Below are positions 27,229 through 36,909 of a DNA stretch of 64,000 nt, in pieces. Both the position numbers and the translations under genes were made by a program. Every line of letters begins with the position of its first letter. Position 1 is the stretch's first letter. Source of the DNA: a virus. Lineage: Duplodnaviria; Caudoviricetes. The stretch covers positions 35,900 through 99,899 of the IMG/VR virus record IMGVR_UViG_3300020049_007105; one strand, given 5' to 3'. The notes under the pieces are model-generated. The model searched no databases and was not told the DNA's origin. It saw only the letters and a list, made by a program, of their open reading frames with translations.

Positions 27229-28265
27229 TGAAGAGTATCGTATTACCTAATGAGACTGTTCAAGCAACTGCGCTAGCTATCCCCGAGAAGGAACCCAAGG
27301 AGCCTGTGGGGTACCTACATACTGGTTTCCAGGGAAGCACAGACTATTTTGAAGTCCCTGATGGAGTCCAAGGACGAATTAGTTTCCCTGAATCAGCACT
27401 TTATAATGGAATGGAGAGAGTTGAGCCGGGATACCTCAAGGTCCCGGTAGATGGTCTTTACTCATTAACTGGCACTTTAAATATTATGAGTAAATATTCC
27501 AGCTCAGCGTCGGTAAACTTCGGAGCATATTACGAATTATCCTGTTCGCTGTATGGTGATTATTCGAGTGATCCACTTGGTACAAAAATGACGATATCAG
27601 CGGCTAATAGAGAAGAGTCGGGCTTTAAAGTAATTTCTGGTAACATAGTTAAAAACTATAGGAATAGTAGTAATAATACTACTGTCAGGTATAGTCTCTC
27701 GGGCACAGTGGATGACGTTGGAGGGCTTTATGAAAATTTCAGCGAAACACCTTTTTCTTGTTTCGTGACGGTTAATGGATCGCGAGTGGGACCGATGGTC
27801 TATTTCCGAGAATCCTTAACCCCTGGTGGGGATCGGGTCTTTTCTGTTTCAGGTTCTGCTCGGTCCCTATCCATTAGACCAGATGATGAAATAGCACTTA
27901 AGGTATTGGACTACAGTGTTGGTGGTCGGTTCCTTATTTCTTCTAGTAACGATCCGGTCCAAATTGAGGTGAGCCCTCACTATAAGCACCGTATGGCTTT
28001 TTCTGTAGGGTTAACTCTCATGGGGTCTTTTGGTTGGAATCCACTTAAGGCTTCTGCCTATCAGCCAGTTTTTGATGGAAACATCAATCTTTCTTCTGTT
28101 TTTCCCCTCAAGGCAGGGATGCAATTAGCTATGGATTATGCAACCGAGTGTCCTTTTGTTGGAGAAGATTACGATAGAGTTAATTATTTGAACTCTACGA
28201 GCCTTCTCGTTCAGAGGATCGGGGACTATAGTGCCTGGCCCCTTTGGGACATTTATGGCCTCTAA
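27228..28265 (+). CDS. Receptor-binding/tail-tip protein with C1q/TNF-like strands
   Basis: VPVDGLYSL and PLKAG motifs; lower-GC interior. Confidence 0.5.
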   Translation: MKSIVLPNETVQATALAIPEKEPKEPVGYLHTGFQGSTDYFEVPDGVQGRISFPESALYNGMERVEPGYLKVPVDGLYSLTGTLNIMSKYSSSASVNFGAYYELSCSLYGDYSSDPLGTKMTISAANREESGFKVISGNIVKNYRNSSNNTTVRYSLSGTVDDVGGLYENFSETPFSCFVTVNGSRVGPMVYFRESLTPGGDRVFSVSGSARSLSIRPDDEIALKVLDYSVGGRFLISSSNDPVQIEVSPHYKHRMAFSVGLTLMGSFGWNPLKASAYQPVFDGNINLSSVFPLKAGMQLAMDYATECPFVGEDYDRVNYLNSTSLLVQRIGDYSAWPLWDIYGL

Positions 28266-28303
28266 GGACGCTTTTTTTACTTAAGATATTAAAGGATTTA
28301 ATT

Positions 28304-29647
28304 ATGGCATCAAGAACTACAAATCTAGCATTGCTTAAGTTGGACCGTGGCGACTCCATGGATACGGAGAACCTTGCGTTCCTTCGTGACAACATGGATA
28401 TCATTGATCAGTCCGTCTCGGCCTTCGGCCCAGGGCACAAGCATAACGGCATTGGGGCCACCCCACCGAGTGTGGCTGTACCAGCTACACTAGCTTTAAC
28501 GGCTGACCCTGGTACGTTCCCCAGCTCCACTTCGGTCTATTACAAGTATTCTTTTAGGAATGCTGCGGGAGGAGAGACCGAGGCCGCCCCTTTGGCTTCG
28601 ATTAGCACCTCAGGGCTAGTCTCTAAGCCCACCAGTGGCCCTACGTTGACCGCTAGCAGTACGGGTGGGACTATGCCACCTGGGAGCTTTGAGTACCTCC
28701 TGAGCGCCTATCAGGGGGCTGTGACGCTAGAAACAGAAGCAAGCCCCTCAATTCAGATTTATGTGCAGGGAACAGGGTCAACCAACAGCATTACTCTTGC
28801 CTTCCCTGGTCTCCCTTCAGGTGCGGATGGGTTCAACATTTACCGTCGTGCCCCCGGCGAACTACAGTTCCTGTATCTGGATAGCCAAGCTGAAGTTGCT
28901 GGTGTCGTTGCAGATTATGTGGATGACTGGTCTGTGGCACCTAACTGTAACCGTGCTTCTCCAACCCAGAACACTACATCTCAAGCAGAGTCGATCAAGG
29001 TCACTTTACCTGTCGCTGTTCCTGCCGGTTATGTGGCACGAATCTTTAGGACGTTCAATACTTCTGGCTGGGGTGAGAGTCTTTTGGCGACTCTCGCTGT
29101 CGAGGGTGCTACTGAGTTCTTGGATAGCGGGTCTTCTACGATTGAAGGCGCACCTAGGGCTCAGGGTCAAATTCTGGGTTCCCCTAGCAAAATTGATCTC
29201 ACTAACATGAACGAGGTGCAGGGCAAACTGCCGCCCGTGGCGGTCTCTTACCCCTCACAAGCGTACTTCCTGCTTGAGGGTGCCGTAACAACCGGGATGA
29301 ATCGCTACCGGCACCACATTCTCCAAGCTAATGCCAAGCTGAAAAACTTGCAACTAAACCTTGATTTCCATGAGTTTAACGGGGTGGCCAGGATTAACGA
29401 TGTTGAGGTGAAGCTGTGGAAGGGTAGTGGTGAAATTTTTAGCACTGCCACTATGACTGAAATTACACCTGGCACACCTAAGTTTCTAGAGCCTGGTGAC
29501 ACTTCAGCTTCCTATTCCTTGGCGGATGCGCCAGTTACTGCCGGTGAATTCTTGGCAGTTGAAGTGACTGGTACTGACACTAATGCTTTTGATCTTGAAG
29601 CTACAGTGACCATGTGGCTATTCCCTACTGAAACCAGTACTCCGTAA
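28304..29647 (+). CDS. Tail fibre/minor tail protein
   Basis: RTTNLAL...LRDNMDIID fibre-type N-terminus, HKHNG, two GFNIYR/ARIFR beta-sandwich units; RBS AAAGGA. Confidence 0.7.
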   Translation: MASRTTNLALLKLDRGDSMDTENLAFLRDNMDIIDQSVSAFGPGHKHNGIGATPPSVAVPATLALTADPGTFPSSTSVYYKYSFRNAAGGETEAAPLASISTSGLVSKPTSGPTLTASSTGGTMPPGSFEYLLSAYQGAVTLETEASPSIQIYVQGTGSTNSITLAFPGLPSGADGFNIYRRAPGELQFLYLDSQAEVAGVVADYVDDWSVAPNCNRASPTQNTTSQAESIKVTLPVAVPAGYVARIFRTFNTSGWGESLLATLAVEGATEFLDSGSSTIEGAPRAQGQILGSPSKIDLTNMNEVQGKLPPVAVSYPSQAYFLLEGAVTTGMNRYRHHILQANAKLKNLQLNLDFHEFNGVARINDVEVKLWKGSGEIFSTATMTEITPGTPKFLEPGDTSASYSLADAPVTAGEFLAVEVTGTDTNAFDLEATVTMWLFPTETSTP

Positions 29648-29776
29648 TGGTCTTGATACGATAATACTATTAAGTGGGGGTTTTTATCTAACACTTAATG
29701 GGCTGACTTTTAGCCTACACTAAAAGCCAGCGACCTATTGGACAAGGATTACAGTGAGTAAAAGGGAAGATGTACA

Positions 29777-30277
29777 GTGGAGAAGCTGAGGGGTGCGTTT
29801 AGAAAGCTCAGAGAGGGGCTTCACCCGTTCAGTAGGCTCTGCCCTAAGGACAGGCTTAAGAAAGCCAGAGCTGACTCTCAACATTTCAAGCTGACCTCAC
29901 CTGCACTCTGGCGATTTGCTTTGGCATTGGGGTTGAACCAACTTCTGTTTGCTCTCCCCCTCATCTTCACCCCGGATAAGATCATGGGGACAGATTCATG
30001 GAAGCCTATTATTGAAGTACTGTCGCCAACAGCTCAGGGGATAATGTTCCTCTTTATGTTTTTCATGATCCTGCTGGGGATACCGAATCAGTGGAAGTTC
30101 GCTATCCATGCGGTGGTCATAACCCAGACTGCTATCTGGGTTTGGTGGGCGTCAATCTTTTTGATTGGTTCTTTGACTCGTGATACGGGTACTCTAAACG
30201 GAGCTATTACTTATGGATTTTTAGCGGCTATTGGACGGGTTGCTTCTAAGGGGATTACTTACGAGGAGACGAGATGA
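29777..30277 (+). CDS. Multi-pass membrane protein (holin-like)
   Basis: About four hydrophobic helices; after the tail genes. Confidence 0.5.
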   Translation: MEKLRGAFRKLREGLHPFSRLCPKDRLKKARADSQHFKLTSPALWRFALALGLNQLLFALPLIFTPDKIMGTDSWKPIIEVLSPTAQGIMFLFMFFMILLGIPNQWKFAIHAVVITQTAIWVWWASIFLIGSLTRDTGTLNGAITYGFLAAIGRVASKGITYEETR

Positions 30278-30720
30278 GTATCAGACTCCTAGCTCAAGAT
30301 TTAGGTGAAGTTGGAAAGCTGCCCCCAGGGCTGCTTTTTGCCGCCATCGTGCTCTTGGCTCTGGAGCGTACGTATAAGGCGTGGCAGACCCACTATGATA
30401 CGGGCTCGAAGGACCGTAGGACTTGGGAGGAGCGCTTGAGGGAGGACTTCCAGAAGCAGATTGATACTGCTGTCGAGAAGTCTGAGGTTCACTGCGAGGA
30501 TAAGATAGAAGGCATTCGCTATGGGATGCAGAAGGAGATCGACGCCTTGAAAGATCAACTTGAACGTGCCTTGGCTGAGCTGTCCAGTGCTAAGTCATGG
30601 GAGCAGCGTGCTTGGCAGATGCGGGAATTGGCCTTGACTGCTGGCACTGAGCGCAGTGAGATCGACAAGGCGTGGCTTATTCATATTGGCGTGCCTGGGG
30701 ACTCACCGCCTCGGGCGTAG
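30274..30720 (+). CDS. Single-TM coiled-coil protein (lysis-associated, tentative)
   Basis: N-terminal TM plus coiled coil; ATGA coupled. Confidence 0.5.
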   Translation: MSIRLLAQDLGEVGKLPPGLLFAAIVLLALERTYKAWQTHYDTGSKDRRTWEERLREDFQKQIDTAVEKSEVHCEDKIEGIRYGMQKEIDALKDQLERALAELSSAKSWEQRAWQMRELALTAGTERSEIDKAWLIHIGVPGDSPPRA

Positions 30721-30784
30721 AGCCTTTATAGCTATAAGAATACCTCGTTTGGTGACACTGTGACACACGTCACGCACAATTGAT

Positions 30785-30813
30785 TTGCATCCACTTGCGA
30801 TTGCGTGTAGAGT
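30785..30813 (+). promoter_or_regulatory. Host primary-sigma promoter for the replication block
   Basis: TTGCAT-N17-TAGAGT. Confidence 0.65.
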
Positions 30814-30852
30814 TAAAGGCGTCGAGGGAAATCAAACACCAAGCGAGGCTCA

Positions 30853-31761
30853 GTGTCACTTATCAGCGATCGGCGCATTAGCGCTAGTTTTCTCAAAACG
30901 TGGTCTTCGTGCCCCCAGAAGGGGTACTTTCGCTACGTTGAGGGGATCGCTGACGATGAGTCCTCGGGCAAGCAGGTGTTCGGTACAGTAATGCACCTCG
31001 TACTGGAAGAGGCACGAGAGCTTACCACATTCAAGCAGGCTATTCAACTGTTTGACTACTACTGGGATGATCCCGGTCTGATCGGTGAGAAGATCGACTA
31101 CTGGCACCAGGGCCATTCGAGGGAGGGGCTTCGCAAGAAGGCCCACAAGTCCCTTGAGATGATCTGGGAGATGAAGTCGATTACCGACAGCACCACTAGG
31201 GACATCCTGGCTCGTGAGCACAGGTTCCTCGTGCCAATGGGTGGTTACACACTGACTGGCGTGGTCGATCTAGTGGAGCTTGCTCCCGGCAAGAAGATCA
31301 AGATTGTTGATTACAAGTCAGCGAGTCGTAAACCGACTAAGGCTGAACTTGCGTTCGACATTCAGTTCACTACCTACGACTACGCCAGTTGGTCACCCTT
31401 CTTCTGGCTTGGCAACCCAGAAGACTATGACCAGTTTCCACCCATCACCGATGACAAGGAGTGGGTGGATGAGGTGACTACCATGTATAAGCGTCAGTTG
31501 ATTTGGTTTCACCTTATGACTGGCCAAGAGGTGGGCATGGAGGAGCGAGGGGAAAAGGATTATGCTCGCCTCTACTATCTCATTCAACAAATAGATAAGG
31601 CGGTACAGAATGAATCCCAAGTGCCTGACATCAGCGCAGATACATGCCGTTATTGCGCTTACACTGATATTTGCCCAGCAACCAAAGGATTTGATGAAGA
31701 ACTAGAAGACGCAGCATTCCCAACATACGCTGAAAAAACACCAGACAAGATTGAATTTTAG
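30853..31761 (+). CDS. Cas4/RecB-like PD-(D/E)XK exonuclease
   Basis: ISASFL..W..CP, GVVDLV, IVDYKS, QFTTY, C-terminal CRYCAY..IC Fe-S ligands. Confidence 0.9.
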   Translation: MSLISDRRISASFLKTWSSCPQKGYFRYVEGIADDESSGKQVFGTVMHLVLEEARELTTFKQAIQLFDYYWDDPGLIGEKIDYWHQGHSREGLRKKAHKSLEMIWEMKSITDSTTRDILAREHRFLVPMGGYTLTGVVDLVELAPGKKIKIVDYKSASRKPTKAELAFDIQFTTYDYASWSPFFWLGNPEDYDQFPPITDDKEWVDEVTTMYKRQLIWFHLMTGQEVGMEERGEKDYARLYYLIQQIDKAVQNESQVPDISADTCRYCAYTDICPATKGFDEELEDAAFPTYAEKTPDKIEF

Positions 31762-31770
31762 GAGAAAGAA

Positions 31771-32622
31771 ATGGCATTGACTATCGAGCGAACTACTGAG
31801 GAGTTCTTTCCGAAGACCATTAAGGCGGTGATGTTTGGACGACCTGGCGCTGGTAAGACCGCTCTGGTTGCCCAGTACCCCAATCCGCTGATTGTGGCTT
31901 CTGAGACCAACTTCATGTCTATTGCTGGTAAGGATATCCCGGTTGTTCGTTGTAATGATCTGGCTACTTACAAGGAGGTTATTCGTATTGCGAAGCTTCC
32001 TGCTGAGAAGCGGGCGGAGGAGTTTGGCTTTCCGGTTGACACTCTCGTGATTGACACCATTGATGAGCTTCAGACTTCGCTTATGAAGGAGAAGTATGGC
32101 ACCCTGAAGCTGGACTTTGATGGCTGGGCTTGGATCGCTGCAACTATGGGCGACTCGGTGAAGGCACTCAAGAAGGTTGATGACCTGAATGTGATCTTTA
32201 ACTGCCACATCAAGACTACCACTATTCCCGGTGATGCTGGTGAGGATATTGCTTCCCATGAGCCCCAGTTGAGCGGTGGCTTCAAGGATGTCCTGCCCGG
32301 TCTTGTTGATCTTGCGTTCATGATTGAGCCTAAGGTGACGAAGGTTGTGACACCTAAGGGCCTTGAGGAGGTTACCCAGAAGTGGTTTATCTGTCAGCCC
32401 AATGATCGCTATCCATTCCTGAAGGACGGCTCCCCTGGGACCCTCCCTTCTCGAATTGAGATGGACTTTGAGACTGACTACGACCGCATTCATGCTCTCG
32501 TCTATGAGGCCAAGGAGGGCGCCAAGGAGGCTGAGGAGGCCAAGATTGCAGCAGCCGCTAGTGCAGCAGCATCTTTCGCACAGCCTGAGCCTGAGCAGGC
32601 TTCCGAGCCTGAAGCGGCTTAA
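31771..32622 (+). CDS. Sak4-like AAA (AAA_24) ssDNA-annealing ATPase
   Basis: FGRPGAGKT, TLVIDTIDEL, NVIFNCH; sits between the exonuclease and SSB. Confidence 0.85.
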   Translation: MALTIERTTEEFFPKTIKAVMFGRPGAGKTALVAQYPNPLIVASETNFMSIAGKDIPVVRCNDLATYKEVIRIAKLPAEKRAEEFGFPVDTLVIDTIDELQTSLMKEKYGTLKLDFDGWAWIAATMGDSVKALKKVDDLNVIFNCHIKTTTIPGDAGEDIASHEPQLSGGFKDVLPGLVDLAFMIEPKVTKVVTPKGLEEVTQKWFICQPNDRYPFLKDGSPGTLPSRIEMDFETDYDRIHALVYEAKEGAKEAEEAKIAAAASAAASFAQPEPEQASEPEAA

Positions 32623-32679
32623 GTAACACAAGTTCCCAACAACGGTGCATTGCACCACAAACAATAAAGGAAGAAACAA

Positions 32680-33192
32680 ATGGCAGTTCTAGAGGTTGAA
32701 GAGTCAGACAAGTACCCAGTGTTCCCTGAGGGGACCGAGGTTAACGTGAAGGTGATGGGGGTGAAGCAGCAGGATTCGTTCTTTGACGTTGACAAGAACG
32801 ATCCGTCGAAGGGCAAGCAGAAGGAGCTTTCGTTCCGTTTCAAGATCACCGATCCTGAGTACGCACACCTGGATGACGTGCTGTGGGGTTCTGTGAGTCC
32901 TCCGGCACCGAAGGTGGGTAACCGCTCCTACCTGTGGATGTGCGCCTTGTTCGGCGTCGAGGAGCTTGCTATCGGCTTCGCTATCGACACTGACGACCTG
33001 ATTGGTCAGGAGGCTACGGCCACCCTTCAGCAGTGGACTTCTAAGAAGGGTGCCGTGGGTAACAGTGTTTCGGCGCTGTACTCCCAGAGTGCGGCCCCCA
33101 AGGCGCCCGTGGCTGAGCAGGGTTCGGCTACCCCAGCGGCTCCCACTAAGCCCTTTGCGGTGGAAGCCACCAACTTTGAGGAGCCCTTCTAG
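32680..33192 (+). CDS. Single-stranded DNA-binding protein (gp2.5/DUF669-like)
   Basis: PEGT..V, DTDDLIG, Ala/Pro linker and acidic-aromatic EEPF C-terminus. Confidence 0.75.
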   Translation: MAVLEVEESDKYPVFPEGTEVNVKVMGVKQQDSFFDVDKNDPSKGKQKELSFRFKITDPEYAHLDDVLWGSVSPPAPKVGNRSYLWMCALFGVEELAIGFAIDTDDLIGQEATATLQQWTSKKGAVGNSVSALYSQSAAPKAPVAEQGSATPAAPTKPFAVEATNFEEPF

Positions 33193-33224
33193 CAAGAAGG
33201 CGGTTCTCATGTAGGTAGTTGCCT

Positions 33225-33261
33225 GAATTGGGCGGGCTGTAAAAAGCAGCCCGCCCAATTC
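33225..33261. terminator. 15-bp perfect hairpin (terminator or attenuator) between SSB and primase
   Basis: GAATTGGGCGGGCTG-7 nt-CAGCCCGCCCAATTC. Confidence 0.6.
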
Positions 33262-33280
33262 TATTCACGAAGGGAGTTCT

Positions 33281-35221
33281 TTGGAAAGCTATGATTTCAA
33301 CAGTTTCGATCTAGCCTTGTACTTGGAGTCCAAGGGGCTCAGGTTTAAGCAAGTGAGTGGTGGCAGTGAGTATTTGGTTCACTGTATTGACCTAAACCAT
33401 GAAGACAAGTCAAGCCACGGCAAAATGTATGTCCATGCCTTTGGGGACAATAAGGGTCTGTATCAGTGTAAGTCCGCTGAGTGTGGGGCTAGTGGCAACC
33501 TAATCACAATGATGCGGCATTTCGGTGACGACCCCGATGGGTTGGTTCCGAAGGGTTCATCTGTTTCGGTCTCTAAGGTCCGTGGTGATTTCGCCACGAT
33601 GTGCCACGAGAGTCTTTCTTTGGAGATGCTGGACTATCTGGCAGACCGGGGAATTGAAGAGGGTTCAGCAGTCAAGTTTAGGCTTGGCGAGACCCCTAAG
33701 TCTCCTCACAAGATGATGCGGGACCGGGGCCACAGTGAAGAAGATTTGATTCGTGCCGGTCTTGTAGACAGTGACGGGAACTTCTTCTTTCGTGCTGGCT
33801 CTATGATCATCCCTTATCTTGTTGGTAAGGATGTGGTTACGCTGAGGGCCAGAAACTTCACTGACGGCGCACCTAAGTACATTGGGCTGAATTCCGACGC
33901 TGGTTTCCTGTTTAACTCTAACGACTGCCAGTCTCTCGAAGATGTGATCTATGTCTGTGAGGGCGAGCTGGATGCCATGACTCTTTCTCAGGCTGGGTTC
34001 GCTGTAGTCGCTACGGCGGGTGCATCCAGTTGGTTTGATGATTGGTCTACGGTCCTCTCAGACTTCCCCCATGTCTACTTCGTGTACGACGGGGAGGATG
34101 GGGCGTTCAAGTATGCGACAGTTGCGGCTGACCGTGTTGGTTCCACTGCTACAGCGCTTCGTCTTCCTGACGGGATGGATGTCAACCAGTTCTTTCAGGA
34201 TGAGGGCAAGTCAGCTTTCGAGTCGTTTGTGTCCCGCCAGTTGGAGGAGTCATTCCCATTCAAGACTCTTGAGTACCACCTGGCTGAGTGGAACCTGTAT
34301 CTGAACTCCGGTGAGCAGTGGCTAAAAACCGGCTACAAGCAGATTGACGATTCTCTGCCAGTTGGGATTCTTCCTAACCAGTTGATCATCTGGATCGCTA
34401 AGCCTTCGGTTGGTAAGACACAGTTTGCTATCAACATGCTGTATCGTCAGATGGTTATGTACCCGGACAAGAAGTTCCTGTTCTTCAGTTTGGAGCTTAA
34501 GGGCTATGAGGTACTGGACAGGCTGGTTAAGATTCACAGGTTCTATGACCTGAGCTCTGAAACCATTCAGGACAGCCTGAGGTTCTTTCAGGATCGTGTT
34601 CTTATCTTTGATGACAACAGGATTACTCGGGATGACTTGTGGCGTCACACTACGACCTATCTTGAGAAGTATGGTGAGCCACCAGCAGCAGCGTACCTGG
34701 ATTACCTCGGCTACTTTGCTAACAGCTATAAGGGTGATGGTTCCTATGAGAAGGTTTCATCTGCTGCGGCTGACTTGAAGGGTTGGGCTAAGGACTTCTC
34801 GATCCCCATGTTTGTTCCTCACCAGACCACTAAGGCTAACAAGCCCGGTGAGACTTTGGACATTGATGCTGGTGCAGACTCTGCGAAGGTCTCTGCTGCG
34901 GCTGACTATATGTTCACAATGTCATGGGCAGACCAGATGGGTGGTGCCTCTCAGGAGGAGATGACTGGTGAGGTTGTGGCCAAGGTTGTTAAGAACCGTG
35001 CCGGTCCAGCTCACATTGAGATGAAGCTTCAGCGTGCCCCTTACTCTTATGTGTTTGCTGCGGGCACTAACTACGAGAAACCTCAGAAGCAGGGTCTCGA
35101 TCCGTTCCTGATGGCTAAGAAGGAGCACAAGTGGAGTCAGGCTAAGCATAATTATGAGACAGCGATGGGTCGCCATCGCACTCAGGATGACAATCTGATT
35201 GTTGTAGGAAAGGGGAAGTGA
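33281..35221 (+). CDS. DNA primase-helicase (Zn finger + TOPRIM + DnaB-like SF4)
   Basis: C..H...C....C Zn finger, CEGELDAM, Walker A AKPSVGKT, FFSLE, LDYL, KNRAG. Confidence 0.93.
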   Translation: MESYDFNSFDLALYLESKGLRFKQVSGGSEYLVHCIDLNHEDKSSHGKMYVHAFGDNKGLYQCKSAECGASGNLITMMRHFGDDPDGLVPKGSSVSVSKVRGDFATMCHESLSLEMLDYLADRGIEEGSAVKFRLGETPKSPHKMMRDRGHSEEDLIRAGLVDSDGNFFFRAGSMIIPYLVGKDVVTLRARNFTDGAPKYIGLNSDAGFLFNSNDCQSLEDVIYVCEGELDAMTLSQAGFAVVATAGASSWFDDWSTVLSDFPHVYFVYDGEDGAFKYATVAADRVGSTATALRLPDGMDVNQFFQDEGKSAFESFVSRQLEESFPFKTLEYHLAEWNLYLNSGEQWLKTGYKQIDDSLPVGILPNQLIIWIAKPSVGKTQFAINMLYRQMVMYPDKKFLFFSLELKGYEVLDRLVKIHRFYDLSSETIQDSLRFFQDRVLIFDDNRITRDDLWRHTTTYLEKYGEPPAAAYLDYLGYFANSYKGDGSYEKVSSAAADLKGWAKDFSIPMFVPHQTTKANKPGETLDIDAGADSAKVSAAADYMFTMSWADQMGGASQEEMTGEVVAKVVKNRAGPAHIEMKLQRAPYSYVFAAGTNYEKPQKQGLDPFLMAKKEHKWSQAKHNYETAMGRHRTQDDNLIVVGKGK

Positions 35222-35222
35222 A

Positions 35223-35687
35223 ATGGCAATTGTAGGCAGAAAGGTTAACCCGGAGTCTGTTAAGAATGTCACTACGTTGGCAGATTATCTGCACTCCAGG
35301 TACGGTCTGGCTCGTCCAGCTAGCGTAAAAGACAAGTCGCTTGACAAGAAGGCACTTGATTGGTTCTGGGAAAACTACCCGAACGCCACTTGGCAGGACT
35401 TGTGTAGACTGGCAGACCATGTGTTTAAGTCTAAGCAGTACAGGCCAAAGCACATTTATGGTCTTATCACGTACAACGCTAGGGAGGCATGGGCTGAGGG
35501 CGTGTTGAAGCCTCAGGACCCCGGTCTCCGTAGTTTGGAGCAGAAGATTGCGGAGTGTGTTGAGCAAACTAATAGTTTAGATGTTGATGCCAAGGAGTAT
35601 TGGACTATGAGGTTTACTCATGCAGTTGGTCCTGGACGTGCCATGGTATTTAATGAATTTAATAAATGGATGAAAGAGAATATGTAA
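35223..35687 (+). CDS. Hypothetical protein
   Basis: 154-aa ORF coupled to neighbours. Confidence 0.6.
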   Translation: MAIVGRKVNPESVKNVTTLADYLHSRYGLARPASVKDKSLDKKALDWFWENYPNATWQDLCRLADHVFKSKQYRPKHIYGLITYNAREAWAEGVLKPQDPGLRSLEQKIAECVEQTNSLDVDAKEYWTMRFTHAVGPGRAMVFNEFNKWMKENM

Positions 35688-35992
35688 TGGAACGAAACAG
35701 TGTGATGGAGTCGGTGAATAACCCGAAGCGCCTTAGGATCATGAGTATCCAGTTTGGTGTTGACGGTATGGATGTTACTTATACTGACGAGAACATGAAG
35801 GGGCGTATTGTCAGTAGCATTCTGACTAGTGGTATTGATTTCCATGCGGACCTTGGTGAGGAGGTTAGCGGTGCGATTATGGACATTGTTGAGACGACTC
35901 GTGAGTTGATTGAGTTGGCTCATAAGCGTGAGGTTGGAGTGCCTGATGTTCTTTACACAGGGAGGGTTGGTAACGAAGATGTCTCTGAGTGA
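35687..35992 (+). CDS. Hypothetical protein
   Basis: TAATG-coupled start. Confidence 0.55.
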   Translation: MERNSVMESVNNPKRLRIMSIQFGVDGMDVTYTDENMKGRIVSSILTSGIDFHADLGEEVSGAIMDIVETTRELIELAHKREVGVPDVLYTGRVGNEDVSE

Positions 35993-36560
35993 TCATGGGA
36001 GGTGTCATTACTGTAATGTCAGGCTTCCGAGAGGCGAGCTGAAGAGGTTTCAGTTTAAGTTCTTCTGCATTGACCACATCGGTACGGCGCTGGAGGACTC
36101 AGTACCCCTCACACCCGCTCAGAGCCCGCTGAAGGGGCGTTCAGGCATCGCCAAGGGGGGTAGTAGCCTAAAGCAGGGTGCGAGGCTACAGCGGGCTCCT
36201 GTGGGCTCAGGCGGGAATCAAGAGAAAAAGGGTTTAGGTGACTCGGGTGGTATTGTCCGTACATCTAAACCTCTTGATAAAAAGCTCAGGGGGGAGGTGA
36301 TGGATCGAGATAGCCACAGGTGCCGAATGTGTGGGCGAAGTGGCGAATCGAACAGGCTCGACCCCCACCATGTTATCTATAAGTCCATGGGGGGTAAGGA
36401 CGAGATGGGGAACCTGATCACGCTCTGCTTCCGTTGCCACGTACCGATCGTCCACCAGGACCGCAAGAGGTGGCAACCAGTGTGTATTCATGCACTTGAA
36501 ACAGGAAGTCTGAAGCGACTACCTACCGTAGAGAAAGAGATGCTAAATGCAGGAGATTAG
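35979..36560 (+). CDS. HNH endonuclease with N-terminal Zn ribbon
   Basis: RDSHRCRMCG...HHVI...NLITLCFRCH; N-terminal CxxC...FC; RBS GGAGG. Confidence 0.85.
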   Translation: MSLSDHGRCHYCNVRLPRGELKRFQFKFFCIDHIGTALEDSVPLTPAQSPLKGRSGIAKGGSSLKQGARLQRAPVGSGGNQEKKGLGDSGGIVRTSKPLDKKLRGEVMDRDSHRCRMCGRSGESNRLDPHHVIYKSMGGKDEMGNLITLCFRCHVPIVHQDRKRWQPVCIHALETGSLKRLPTVEKEMLNAGD

Positions 36561-36909
36561 ATTTGAAGCCATAGAGGGGACAATCTTTACAGAGTCATTC
36601 CTAAGTGATCACCTTGGCCCTGACAAGACAGTCAAGGATTTCTTTGACTTCGTGTCCAGTATTATCCAGCAACTGGTCGGGTGTTACATAGCCAACGACG
36701 CTCTGTTGTTCAGGAACTCTCTGTATGTAATTGTAGGTTGGCGAGATAAGCAACTTTCTATGATCGTCATTCAGGAACTTGTCGTCCTGTGTGGTTCTGG
36801 GATTGTCTCAATGTCAGAACTAGCAGGAGTGAGCATCCTGGAGTCGTGGACAGGGCTAGCAGAAATGTATGAAGAAGGACTCGAAGATAGAAAGCAGGTA
36901 TTGGGTTGA
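36547..36909 (+). CDS. Hypothetical protein
   Basis: 120-aa ORF overlapping both neighbours. Confidence 0.5.
   Translation: MQEIRFEAIEGTIFTESFLSDHLGPDKTVKDFFDFVSSIIQQLVGCYIANDALLFRNSLYVIVGWRDKQLSMIVIQELVVLCGSGIVSMSELAGVSILESWTGLAEMYEEGLEDRKQVLG

Noticed and set aside
29729-29740. 12-bp match GCGACCTATTGG shared with the leader near 52750 (- strand)
   Set aside because: Many 12-mer matches are expected by chance in 64 kb, and there is no further similarity.
30853-31761. CRISPR-Cas locus
   Set aside because: A solo Cas4-like nuclease next to Sak4 and SSB is a normal phage recombination gene. No cas1/cas2 or array is present.
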